DNA of 53,964 nucleotides from Octopus bimaculoides (GCF_001194135.2 NC_068984.1:45670547-45724510); one strand, 5' to 3'; counted from the stretch's first letter, positions 1 to 12,590 are shown. A program made the numbers and translations. The notes: generated by a model not told the origin, from the sequence alone.

Positions 1-1152
1 AAAAAAAAACTCAGAGGGGAATTTAGACCAATAAAATCATAGAAAAACGAAATGAGAAGACAGAAAGAATAAAAAAAAAAATCCGGTATCGAATCGAACC
101 TAAAATTTGAATTATACTGTTGCTGATTGTTGTGATGACGACAATAATAATAAGATTATCATCTCTGATACACGTTTTGATATGATATTAACTGATGGAT
201 AAATATTTACACAGGACGAAATCCTTGGCAACCCTTAGAATCGTGATTTTTCCAAAGGAATTTGTATTGGATTGGATTGATATTTGCATTGTTATTGTTG
301 GGATTTATGTTGTTGTTGTTGTTGTTGCATATGGTATTGGCATTGTGCTGTTGTTAGTGACTAGTGGTATTGGTGTAGTCGTCTGAGATAATGTTCGTGG
401 TGTTTGTTTAAGAAGTCAGGGTGTGATTTGAAGAATACACACATATAAATGCACACAAATATATGTAATATATATATGTATGTAATATATATATATATAT
501 ATCTATATATATGTGATATATATATATACACACTCATATGTGTGTATATATGTATATGCACACACATATATGTATGCATATATATATGCGCACATATATG
601 TATGTATATACATATACACATATGTGGGTGTGTAGATAAATATCCATATTTGTACACACGCGCTTGCATGTCTGCGTTGTAAAAAGAAGACACGAACCTC
701 ACAAATCCCCCCGAAATCTTGAAGACACTAATTTGACACGAAGTGCAGCTTTTTGTGATTCGCGACTACTACATCACATTTCGATGTCTATGCGTTTGCA
801 ATACAAGAGCAACAGATTATTGCAAAATACTAATAAACAAACGAGATAGTGAAACCGTTGAAGCCCCTACATGCACCAGAAAATACCGATTGTGGAATAT
901 TTCCATCTCACATGTGCACAGTAGGTACCTAAAAATGTCATCAACGTACTGCTTCCCAACACCATATAACGTTTCGCTAAGACAATATATTCAACAAAAA
1001 CAATAACATGTAACAAAAACATCTTTAAATGATTATTCCGGAGCATATTCACCATCTACTTTAATTACTGCTTCCAATTTGCTTGGCAGACATCCAGACC
1101 GGCATTTAGTTAAATATTGTTATTGTTTTTGTTGAATAAAATTTGTTGAAAA

Positions 1153-2311
1153 AAAGTCCCAAATAGTGAAGCAATATCGGCGATACAAGAAAAACTAGTG
1201 ATAGATACCCATCTAAAAGAACGCACGAGTATACCAATAAGAAACTTGATGGAAATGTTGACCTTCTGTGTAGAAACTACCTACTTCAGTATGGACACTG
1301 ATATATATATCGACAAGAGGAGGGTTTAGCTATGGGTTCGCCATTATCACCGGTAATAGACAATATATGCATGGAATACTTTGAGAATTTGGTTTTAGGA
1401 TCAACACCACTAAAACCAGCACTATGGCTACGATACGTTGATGACACCTTTTTACTCTGGCCCCACCTGGAAGATGTCCAAGTTCTGTTAGCTCATGTGG
1501 ACTCAATAAATCCATCCATACAGTTCACAATGGAAAAAGAAAAAAGACAATCAGCTGGCATTCCTGGACGTATTAATAACACGCACCAAGTATGGATTCA
1601 GAACATCCGTATACCGCAAGCCGACCTTTACTGGACGACACCTCAACTTCAATTCCCTCCATCCATACAGTGTAAAGAGAGGGATTTCTCAGTGCCTAAA
1701 ACATCGTGCAAAGAATAGAAGTAGCGATCGTGATACACACCACGAAGAAATGATCAAGCTCAATGGCGATCTGTTAAGCAACAACTACCCCAAAAGTATA
1801 CTATCTACTCCAATTATGAAGAAGTGAGAGGGTGAGGCCAATAAACCGTTCACAGTCTGTCTACCCTATGTGAAAGGCCTCTCCGAAAAGATACAAAAGA
1901 TATGACAGGAGAGTATTCAAGAGTAATACAGCACTTCGCAAATATCTTTTTCGATTAAAACCACCAATAGAAGAGAATATGACCAAAAACTGCGTGTACT
2001 CCATCCCATGCAGCTGTGGTTGGTTATACAAAGGTGAAACATGTCGCCCCCTCAAAATAAGGGTAGACGAACATCGCAAAGCTGTGACACGAGGAGATAT
2101 TGATAAATCGGGTATAGCTGATCATGTAAGGAAAAATGCAGACCACCTCTCGCTGTAGGATGAAATTAAAATAGACAGAGAACACCACTGGAAAATAGGA
2201 AAACTAAAAGAAGTAGCACATATGCTAGAACACAACACCCTCCTAAGCAGACCAAGTTCAGATATGAGCAGCATATGGGAACCGGTATTAAGGAAGGAGA
2301 GAAAATATTAG
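1153..2311 (+). mobile_element. 5'-truncated, frameshifted Penelope-like retroelement (RT + GIY-YIG endonuclease)
   Basis: RT motifs GLAMGSPLSP and WLRYVDDTF, then SINPSIQFTMEKE; GIY-YIG-type CVYSIPCSCGWLYKGETCRPLKIRVDEHRK at about 1990-2080; several stops and frameshifts. Confidence 0.92.
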
Positions 2312-2347
2312 ATTTATAAGCCCTAAAATTCACTTCCTGATTGCCCG

Positions 2348-2411
2348 CGGGCAATCAGGCGTAGTGGTTAAGAACGCGGGCTCCTAACCCCAATTCGATT
2401 CCAAGAAGTGA

Positions 2412-2452
<41 letters not shown>
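2348..2452 (+). mobile_element. Short tRNA-like SINE-type segment with (TAA)n tail fused to the PLE 3' end
   Basis: A-box-like TAGTGGTTAAG, B-box-like TTCGATTCC, (TAA)n at 2417-2452. Confidence 0.55.
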
Positions 2453-2737
2453 GCATTGTGTGTATTTTAATATTTGTATTTTAGCTATCATCATGCGACC
2501 ATCAAATTTGTACAATTATGAATTCATGGTTAGAAACATACTTACTTAAAACTTTTCATCGGCAGTTTGAGGAAGAAGAGTAGCATGAATCTTTATATGT
2601 TAAACAACAATGAAAGCGCTCGATTCGATCCTCATTTCAAGCCGCTCACTGACTTAATTTCTGAGAGTGTCTCATTAAATGCGACTGGAAATGCGTCCGT
2701 ATATAAATTTTCTTCATAATCTCCTCTGTATTAAAAA

Positions 2738-2837
<100 letters not shown>

Positions 2838-5059
2838 TGAATGTATATCGATGTATGTATATAGACACATGCATATATGTATATCGATATATGAATGTAT
2901 TTTTACACACATATATGTTAATCTAGGATATGAATCCATATTTATACCTTAATCCTGTTATCTCTCAGGATTACAAGACAAGACACGTATAATGTTAGAA
3001 ATGGTTATGTATAGTACTGATATTGTTACACATTCAAACAAACACCACTACCTACCTACCTACCTACCTCTTTGACATTATGTCTGTCTGTTTATACATT
3101 TACGCATAGGAGCAAAATTTTCGATATGTACTTGTAGATACGTTTTAGTACACACTTTTGAAAATATAAAAGAATTAGAGATGTAGTACACATATATTCA
3201 CCAACACACGCGCACGCATACTATGACAAGCAAACACACACGCATCTTATCACACCACACCACACCACACCACACCGCACTTTATCTTACTTCATATTTA
3301 TGCTAGCAATGTTATAAATGATGCATCAACATGAGAAACAGAATCTGAATTAGCTCTAACTTTAAAAAAATCTAATTCGAAATAATTTGCTTCATTAATA
3401 TTCTCACTTCAGATTATCCCTCGTCATGTTCTATTTTGCTTTGCATCCCACTGGGAATTGGGGCCCATTAGGTTTTTGTTTTCTACATAGTAGTCAACAG
3501 ACGAGGCGCAGAGTCCATAATCTTTGCACACCTCCCATAGTTTTTTCTTCTCTCATCGATATGAGTAATGCACCTCTCTTAAAGTATATAATTATTTATG
3601 CATTTTAATTTGAGGTTATATAAATAATGATGTTTCATGCCATTGAAACAGCTGTAGAGCGCAATTAAATTATGAAGTATATGTCAAATTTATGCTTTTT
3701 AGTTTTTTTTAATTCTAAATATTCTTTCCATTATAGTGAGATTAATATCTTTGATGTTTGGATTGAACATTTGCAGGGAAAGACTTGCAGGAAATGTGTA
3801 GACGGACAAGGTAGTCCAGATTGTCACATTTCTTGGAAGAAGGAATGAAGCAAAGCATTTGTGAGTCTAACAGATGAGATATGGTGGGGGTGACGGAAGG
3901 AGGAGGGACGGTGTCTTCAGTTGATGCTCAGTGGAAATGGTATGTAGTTAGCTAGGGCATAAATTGCTGTAGCTGCAGCAGAAGAGGAAAATATAAGATA
4001 CTGCATCTCTAGAAGTTAATAGCTGCTATGAATTCAAGAACACAGTTATATTTAAATGCACACTCATACACACAAACACACATATATACGTGCACATAAG
4101 TATAAGAAAAGAATTGACTGGTTCTCTATCGGGATCGACGATGAGTATGCAGTTATTCAATCAAGAGAACTACTTGCACATTGTATTAATGTGCAGGTGG
4201 CAGCGTATTCCGTAGTAACAGATATTCTTGATGTAATCTCCAGATAGAATTAGCGGGACACAGTATGTGATAAAGCGGGAACTTTGAATTAAATGTATTG
4301 CCCATTCGAATGTATTCCGCGTAGTTTCCGTCTGTCCAATTTCACTAACAAAACATGTATTGACTTGAGGCTATGATAAAAGCTACTTGCTCGAGATGTC
4401 ACACCGTAGGATCCAAATTGGGACTTCGTAATTGTGAATTGAACTTCTTAACTGTTCAACGCTGTTGCGCTTACACATACATACATACATACATACATAC
4501 ATACATACATACATACATACATACGTACGTACGCACGTACGTACGTACTTTCGTGCAAACAAACACGTGGTCCTTCCTTTAGGTGTGTCTTATAATTTAT
4601 AAAAACGTTGTCGGATTGTAGAGGTGTTACATTGTAAAAAAATAAGCTACGTTTTGTGTATCTGTTTGATTTGATGTTCGTATGTTTGTCTTCAAACAAT
4701 ATTACCATTTATCAATGAATCTTTTTCTAAAATTTGATCACAAGCCATAAAATAAAAAAGAATTATCCTAGAATAATGCCCGATGAAAAATTCCAAGTAC
4801 AAAATCGGTCTGGGAAACTCAAGAAAAGAGTTCTCAGTGGCATTCGAAATCAGAACGAAGAATATCTGGAAAGAATACGGTAAATCGCCCTATGCAACAC
4901 TCTAATGCTAGCTATGAGTTTCTAAATCAGGATTCTAATGCGCGTTATAATTCTATTTTCTTGTGTACAAATTCTGTCGTAATTGGCTTACTAATAGGAG
5001 TGAATCCTGACATTTACCAATCATAGAAAATTCTGATGCTTCAGAGACAGCAAATAATT

Positions 5060-5200
5060 TTTCTCCCACACTAGTTCTTAATAAATAATAATACACAGAT
5101 TTACAACCCATGTTCTCTACAGTCCTTTATCGGATGAAATAGGAAATATAAGAAACTGGAAGCTTCCCAATTTAAACGCTATGTCGATGACTTCACAGCG
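5060..5200 (+). mobile_element. Possible highly decayed PLE RT remnant
   Basis: FKRYVDDF at 5171-5194, preceded in another frame by IRNWK; little other support. Confidence 0.3.
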
Positions 5201-6417
5201 CAAAATGTCCGTTCGAAACAACCTGTAAATCAGCCACTTGAATGCAGGCACGGCTAGATGGTTAAGATGTTTGATTCACAATCATGACACCTGTGATTCG
5301 ATAACAATGCGTGAGACCTTGAATAAGTGTTTTTCACTCTTAACTCGGATCCTCTGAAACCTTAATAGTTAATTTGGAATGACGGAAAGTGTGCGAAAGC
5401 CCGCCAGGTGATTTTTACCTCTATTTAAACGTTCATCTTTCTGAAATGTTTTGTCCAACTGACTTAGCCTCAGATGTACGTTTAGAAGATACGTGTCTAA
5501 TTTGATCTCACGACAAGGAATCAAAAAGATATTGCACAATATTCGTTGATACACCAATGATTCCACAGGTAAACTAACCCCGATCACAACTCGCTTTTTA
5601 TGCGTAGATTAATTAAATCTTATTGAATATCAACTACTTGTAGGTTGAGTGGAGCGATCCTTTGAAGGCTAATTACTAATATTTTNNNNNNNNNNNNNNN
5701 NNNNNNNNNNNNNNNNNNNNNNNNNNNNNNNNNNNNNNNNNNNNNNNNNNNNNNNNNNNNNNNNNNNNNNNNNNNNNNNNNNNNNNNNNNNNNNNNNNNN
5801 NNNNNNNNNNNNNNNNNNNNNNNNNNNNNNNNNNNNNNNNNNNNNNNNNNNNNNNNNNNNNNNNNNNNNNNNNNNNNNNNNNNNNNNNNNNNNNNNNNNN
5901 NNNNNNNNNNNNNNNNNNNNNNNNNNNNNNNNNNNNNNNNNNNNNNNNNNNNNNNNNNNNNNNNNNNNNNNNNNNNNNNNNNNNNNNNNNNNNNNNNNNN
6001 NNNNNNNNNNNNNNNNNNNNNNNNNNNNNNNNNNNNNNNNNNNNNNNNNNNNNNNNNNNNNNNNNNNNNNNNNNNNNNNNNNNNNNNNNNNNNNNNNNNN
6101 NNNNNNNNNNNNNNNNNNNNNNNNNNNNNNNNNNNNNNNNNNNNNNNNNNNNNNNNNNNNNNNNNNNNNNNNNNNNNNNNNNNNNNNNNNNNNNNNNNNN
6201 NNNNNNNNNNNNNNNNNNNNNNNNNNNNNNNNNNNNNNNNNNNNNNNNNNNNNNNNNNNNNNNNNNNNNNNNNNNNNNNNNNNNNNNNNNNNNNNNNNNN
6301 NNNNNNNNNNNNNNNNNNNNNNNNNNNNNNNNNNNNNNNNNNNNNNNNNNNNNNNNNNNNNNNNNNATATATATATATATACGCACACAGTATATATGGT
6401 GAAGCTACAGTCAAATA

Positions 6418-6640
6418 GATACTCAAAAAAGGTCTAGATGGCCACCTCGAGGCCAGGGTAGGATGTGGTTACTCGCTCATTGACGTTGAGTATGCCAATG
6501 ACGTTGCTGTCATAGGGGACTCCTATGGCGACATCCAACGCGCTCTTGATGGGATAAACCTCACCGCCGCAAGAGTTGGACTAAAAATCAACGCCTCGAA
6601 AACGAACGTCCTCTCAGCCAACATACTTACCTCCTCCATA
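6418..6640 (+). mobile_element. RTE-like LINE reverse transcriptase fragment
   Basis: Open frame ...LIDVEYANDVAVIGDSYGDIQRALDGINLTAARVGLKINASKT (YADD decayed to YAND; GLKIN..KT motif). Confidence 0.8.
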
Positions 6641-6958
6641 TATAACAGTACCTTCTTGTTACTTCCCTACTATAGTTACAAGTCACCATTCGGTATTTCA
6701 CTCTTGCAATAACGTTGGCATACTACTGAAGGTCGCTGTGTCCAACTACATAGACACTAACGCGATTTTATGTAAAGACGGATGTAAAGACACAAAACAG
6801 CCATATACACAAAACAGCATATACACGCATACGCGCATGCATATACCCACCTCTCTTGCAACCATACAGATACATACACACACACATATATATACACACA
6901 CACGCACACATATTGTTGCCTGTATGTGTGTATATATATATATAGACACACACACGAG

Positions 6959-6989
<31 letters not shown>

Positions 6990-7826
6990 GTGTATCTATG
7001 TAACTTCAGTTGAAGATATTAATAATAAATCAAACGAACTTGGATTTAATTCCCGTATTCCATACGGAACAACTATTTTGTATTCTAAACCTGTTCTGTA
7101 GATCAGTTTGGCGAGTGTACTCCTACCTAAAATCATACGCCATAAATATTTATCTTTAATAATAGGTTTCTTGTCTAACATCTAATAGGTTAGTGTGACC
7201 GAATATTACTAATATTGCAACAGTGAATAATCTAATAGCTCATATATGATATCGAAAGCTATAGTTTCATCTTATAATTTTAACTTTGATGTGAGTATTG
7301 GGATATCTTCATAAAACTACATCATTCCCATCTAATCACTTGATATACACCTCTTTGTAGTTATTTGTTCTTCTATTAAATGACTCATCGGACAGTAGAT
7401 TTTATATATTAAATATACGAATTTCAGTATTTGGGTTGCTCATATTTTCCTATTCTCTTATTTTATTACTTTTCCTTTACTTGTTTTAATTATTAGTTTA
7501 GGACGGCGAGTGTTTACATTTATCCTTCTATTGTTTCTATATCTGTCCTTCTTTCTAGAAACTTTATCTCCTTTTCTATTTCCACTTACCCCTTTCTCTG
7601 TAATGTATTTACTCTCTTTATATTTACTTCAACTATATGTTCCCTTATATACTCTTTCCACTTATTCTTTCCTTTTTTCTTACCTTAAGTCACTAGTGCA
7701 AAATTTACGATTCAAATATGCGTGTGTGTATATGCCTATGATGTATACATATGTGTACCGATGTATATACACACAAACATACACACTAATGCACACACAT
7801 ACAAATAAGTAAGTATATATACATAC

Positions 7827-7879
<53 letters not shown>

Positions 7880-8176
7880 AATAGAAAATAAAATAGAAAG
7901 ATAAACGGTATTAGGAGTAATTATTAACGTCTGCTCGAAAATGTCTAAAACAGACAATGTGATTCTCGGCGTCGATTGAATATAAATGAAACTCTGAAAT
8001 TCTTTTATCTTAAGGTCAATGACAGTGCATTATAATTCCTCTCCTTCCTGTTCTATACTATTTTTAATTGTCAGTTTCATGATACAAAACGATTTATAAC
8101 TTTCATAATTTGGTACCTTTGGTTGTAACTTGACTTGTCTGAGAATCAAATACTCAATAAGTCATTGTTTCACTAT

Positions 8177-8295
8177 TTTTAAAATGCTGCCTGATGAGTG
8201 TGGGATTCGCATAATGTATTGCTTAGTTCAAAAATTGTATTGTGCTTGCATTAAAGTGGAGATTGTCTGCGAAACAATTGTTGCAACATTTAAAA
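8177..8295 (+). ncRNA. Candidate type I hammerhead ribozyme with long stem II
   Basis: CTGATGA 8191-8197; GAAAC-aatt-GTT 8271-8282; stem I atgctgc/gcaacat (1 mismatch), extendable to about 13 bp. Confidence 0.55.
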
Positions 8296-8950
8296 TCCGT
8301 TTGTTCGTTTATTGTTATTTCACGCTACACCAGACGTTTTGCCATTTGTTGATTATAACTTGTAAACAATTAAAATTGCGGATTACCCAACAACAATGTC
8401 TTGATTTCATGGATGCCTTTTGCGCTGATAATGGCTTACTTTACTGTCGGCGCTGCGTGTCTTTGGCTAGCCATGTTGATGTACCTTGATCCTTTATAAA
8501 TCCTATGCAACAGAATTTTATACATACATACATACATACATACATACATACATACATACAAGCATGTCTAGAAATGCAAGTATATGCACGAGAAGACATA
8601 CATTAAGCAAAACATGAATCTGCACGTATGCATACATACAAAAATACCCTGCTGTTGCTGTTGAAATCCCAGTGAAGGAGCCTTGGGTCTAGGTTTTTCT
8701 ATTAGCAAGAAACCTTGAAATAAACTAAATAATGACATCCATCCATCCATCCATCCATCCATACATAAATACATACATACATACATACATACATACATCT
8801 GTGTGTGCGTGTGTGTGTATTCATTAGATAACATATACAGCCTGCTCTGCTGGACATTAGACAACATGTATCAACTAGGGATCACAGGGATTCCAACACA
8901 AAAATACACATATGTATATATATGTATATATATATAAATATATAACTTAC

Positions 8951-9126
8951 TTGACGGTGTGCCCATACAACAGATCCGAGAAGTTTCCATGTCCCTCCTC
9001 TACGATCCATGCGTACCATTCTTAAGATCTGAAAGAATCGTAGACCACGCAATGAGGAAGTTGCGAATATTCGACCAGTACTGCCAACGGCTAGTACAAT
9101 GATACTAGCTGAAACTATCATCAGGT
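8951..9126 (-). CDS. KCNQ: Internal coding exon of a KCNQ/Kv7 voltage-gated K+ channel (S3, S4, S4-S5 linker)
   Basis: Translates (D)[58 protein letters not shown], the KCNQ S4 signature. Acceptor tttctttgtttccttcacag|AC (AG at 9128-9127) and donor CAA|gtaagt (GT at 8950-8949); 176 nt, phase 1 to phase 0. Confidence 0.96.
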
Positions 9127-9753
9127 CTGTGAAGGAAACAAAGAAATAGAAATGATTGTATATTATTTATATTTTAGTAAAAGAGCACTTACTGTGTATT
9201 TAGTCATATTATTCAGCAATAAGGGAATGAATCTCCGTCGGTTTCGACGTTGTGTTTCAGTTGTTTGATCAACTGTACTATCTGTTAATTGGATTAGCGC
9301 GTAAATGGTTGCGAATTTCCACAGATGTGTGTCACGATGATTGTGCCTGACAATTAAGTAATTGTCAGGCAGAATCATCGTGACACAGTACGTGTCTCCG
9401 ACACGCTTCCCTGCACTTTCCATCGATTCAGTTTTATTCTTCATTCAACACATGCATATTTCGTGGATACACATGCATATATATATANNNNNNNNNNNNN
9501 NNNNNNNNNNNNNNNNNNNNNNNNNNNNNNNNNNNNNNNNNNNNNNNNNNNNNNNNNNNNNNNNNNNNNNNNNNNNNNNNNNNNNNNNNNNNNNNNNNNN
9601 NNNNNNNNNNNNNNNNNNNNNNNNNNNNNNNNNNNNNNNNNNNNNNNNNNNNNNNNNNNNNNNNNNNNNNNNNNNNNNNNNNNNNNNNNNNNNNNNNNNN
9701 NNNNNNNNNNNNNNNNNNNNNNNNNNNNNNNNNNNNNNNNNNNNNNNNNNNNN

Positions 9754-9790
<37 letters not shown>

Positions 9791-9850
9791 ACATGTATGT
9801 ATGCATGTATGTATGTATGTATGTATCTATGTATGTATGTGTGTGTGTAT

Positions 9851-10169
9851 ACAAACGTCACTAAAAGTGACTAAGGGTGCAAGTAAGCACCAACATTGTT
9901 AAAAATAAGAGTTAAAAGAACTCTTAGCCACGAACAGAACTTTTTCTGTTACAAAAGCACTTATTTATCCACTGATGAGATCAATTTGATCCGAAATCAC
10001 CGTGATATGGCGTTCTCGCTTGCTTAGGGAGCTTGTCTCCCTTGAGAGTCGATAGATAATTGCTTTTGTAACAGAAAATGTTCAGTTCGCGGCTAAAAGT
10101 TGTTTTTAATTTTATTTCTAGCAATGCTAGTGCTTACTTGGACCCTTACTCATTTTTAGTGATGTTTGT
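9851..10169. repeat. Foldback element: 119-bp inverted arms (9851-9969 / 10051-10169), 81-bp spacer
   Basis: Arms align end to end as reverse complements, e.g. cgaacagaactttttctgttacaaaagcacttatttatc vs revcomp cgaactgaacattttctgttacaaaagcaattatctatc (35/39). Confidence 0.92.
9969..10010 (+). ncRNA. Candidate minimal type I hammerhead ribozyme in the foldback spacer
   Basis: cca-CTGATGA-gatca att tgatc-c-GAAA-tcac c gtga-TA-tgg: intact core, 5-bp stem II, palindromic stem III, AUA triplet, 3-bp stem I. Confidence 0.6.
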
Positions 10170-10221
10170 TCTTGTGCCTTTTGGTTTTAAATTGCGACTA
10201 GTCACTTTAATATATATAACT

Positions 10222-11050
10222 TTGGAGAGCCACTGAACACTATGTGGAACAAAATCCTGGGCTAGGTTAAAAAAAGGCAGTTAAAAACAATAAACAGAGC
10301 CTAATTGTAGCAACCCAAGATCAAGCGATAAAACAAACGATTTGAGAAAAAGAATATATAGAGAGAATGTGTCAGAGAAATGTAGAGCATGTGGAATTTG
10401 GAACGAGACAGTGGCTCACTTTGTGGAAAATACCCCGAGTTGGCACAGGAAGAATATAAGCTAATGGGGGTACGACCAGGTGGTAAAAGCTTTACACTGG
10501 AAACTGTACCAGAATTGGGAATTTGAAGATGGAAACACATGGTACAATCATCGAATCGAAAGAGAACTGGAGTCGGAGAAATGCAAGATTTTGTGGGACT
10601 TTCCTATTCAAACGGACCAGAAGTTAGAAAATAATAGAGTAGGCATAACAGTTATAGGAAAAGCAAAGTTGCTTACTAATCGACCTATCATGCCCGTTTG
10701 ATTCCAGGATTGTAAAGAAAGAGGCAGAAAAAACAAACAAAAAAAACAACAATCCCTTAAAATTTGAAATTGGAAGAATTTCAAGCATGCAAAAAGTAAA
10801 GGTCGTGCCTATAATAATTAGTGCGTTGGGAACAGTAAGCCAAGATGTAGACAAATGGCTGAAAGAGGTTGGAATACAATGCCCGGTAGAGCTCCTACAG
10901 AAAGGTTGTTTCTTAGGGACAGCAAAGATTATCAGGAGGGTTCTAGGCACTTGAAAGAGTGCTGAAAACTTGTGGATACTTAAATTTACTGGTAGTAACC
11001 CGCTACCCACATAAATCCTACCAAGAATAAGACCGAACCTGAGCCAAACC

Positions 11051-11103
<53 letters not shown>
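10222..11103 (+). mobile_element. 3' fragment of an R4/Dong-clade (restriction-like endonuclease) LINE with (TAA)n tail
   Basis: LIVATQDQA, CRACG..NETVAH zinc knuckle, DQVVKALHW, KILWDFPIQTD, VVPIIISALGTV, LQKGCFLGTAKIIRRVLG*; (TAA)n about 11050-11103. Confidence 0.9.
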
Positions 11104-11315
11104 CCTTTCTACTGTAGGCACAAGGCCTGGAATTTGGGGGAGGGGGATAGTCGATTACATCGACCTCAGCACTCAACTGGTATTTGTTTCATCGACCCCA
11201 AAAGGATGAGAGGTAAAGTCGACCTGGATGGAATTTGAACTCAGAACGTAAAGCAGAACGTAAAGACGGACGAAATGCTGGTAAGCATTTTCCCCGGTGT
11301 GCTAATGATTCTAGA
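11102..11315 (-). mobile_element. tRNA-derived SINE, family A (head GGCGGYGAGCTGGCAGAA.CGTTAGCACG, about 215 bp)
   Basis: Matches about 20 other copies in the window (GAGTTCAAATTCC B-box, GGTCGACTTTGCCTTTCATCC body, AGTAGAAAGGATT(ATT)n tail). Confidence 0.85.
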
Positions 11316-11741
11316 CAATAAGAAGAGCGTGATACGATTTGAAATAAAAAGGCATTGATTGTTTATTAAAGTGAACAATATTTCAACATTGCCTGTGTTG
11401 CTCAGATTCAAAATGGAAAATGAAAAGAACACAGAAATACAGAATTTTGAAATATAAACGGAAATATCCTGCGTTCCTTTTTTAGACAAAATGGCGTCAT
11501 GAGTTTTCACTTTTTCATACTGGTAACAAAGAAAAAAGAAAGAAAGACAGAAAGAAATAGAAAACAGTAAAGAGAACACTTAGTGAAAAAGTTTTGTGTA
11601 AATGTAATGGAATTCGCCTGACATTTTGTTCGTTCTTTCAGAGCGTCACGTTATTCACAGACACAGTATATTTATCCTCTTGTTTTGAGGACTGAAAGTG
11701 TAGTAGAGTTAGAATATTTTCTGAGAATATACAATTCCTCA

Positions 11742-12122
11742 GTGTAGGCGCAATGGCCCAGTGGTTAGGGCAGCGGACTCGCGGTCATAGAATCGCGGTT
11801 TCGATTCCCAGACCGGGCGTTGTGAGTGTTTATTGAGCGAAAACACCCAAAGCTTCACGAGGCTCCGGCAGGTGATGGTGGCGAACCCTGCTGTACTCTT
11901 CCACCACAACTTTCTCTCACTCTTACTTCCAGTTTCTGTTGTGCCTGTAATTCAAAGGGTCAGCCTTGTCACACTGTGTCACGCTGAATATCCCCGAGAA
12001 CTACGTTAAGGGTACATGTGTCTGTGGAGTGCTCAGCCAGTTGCACGTTAATTTCATGAGCAGGCTGTTCCGTTGAACCCTCAACTGGAACCCTCGTCGT
12101 CGTAAGCGACGGAGTGCCAACA
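11742..12122 (+). mobile_element. tRNA-derived SINE, family C (about 380 bp), full length
   Basis: A-box TGGCCCAGTGG, B-box GGTTTCGATTCC, (CAA) tail; probable TSD acaattcctca/acagttcctca; homologous to 31628-31815 and 41575-41877. Confidence 0.85.
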
Positions 12123-12206
12123 ACAGTTCCTCAAAATTATAGCCGTTTGATGTAAAACCTTCGGCAAGTTCCGTCGAACTATTGTTATTGCGCTGACATC
12201 CTACCT

Positions 12207-12590
12207 ATGCCCATTTTAATTTTTATTCGTTTCAGTAATTTGACTGCGGCCATGCTGGAGCACCGCCTTTCGTCGAACAAATCGATCCCAGGACTTATTC
12301 TTTGTAAGCCTAGTACTTATTCTTTTGCCGAACCGCTAAGACACGGGGACATAAACACACCAGCATCGGTTGTCAAGCGATGTTGGGGGACAAACACAGA
12401 CACACAAACATATATATATACATATACGACAGGCTTCTTTCAGTTTCAGTTTACCAGGTCCACTCACAAGGCTCTGTTCAGCCCGAGGCTATAGTAGAAG
12501 ACACTTGCCCAAGGTGCCACGCAGTGGGACTGATCCCCGAACCATGTTGTTGGTAAGCAAGCTACTTACCACACAGCCAATTCGGCGCCT
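12207..12590 (-). mobile_element. tRNA-derived SINE, family B (CORE-like CACCTTGGGCAAGTGTCTT, internal TA/CA microsatellite)
   Basis: Head GGCTGTGTGGTAAGTAGCTTGCT; homologous copies at 18425-19575, 32238-32400, 34285-34630, 34705-35050. Confidence 0.85.

Noticed and set aside
3620-3670. GAAAC-agct-GTA identical to the foldback stem III
   Set aside because: No CUGANGA upstream (only aTGATGt); at most an unrecognisable relic.
6996-7440. Coding-looking minus-strand stretch (MLDKKPIIKDKYLWR...)
   Set aside because: No recognisable motif, many stops, and not the expected KCNQ S5 exon (ELITT...).
11705-11745. Minus-strand CTGAGGA...GAAA-atat-TC
   Set aside because: Stems I and II do not form; overlaps the SINE C insertion junction.
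11748-11815. tRNA-like heads of SINEs B and C
   Set aside because: They have A/B boxes but no full cloverleaf and continue into SINE bodies, so they are not tRNA genes.
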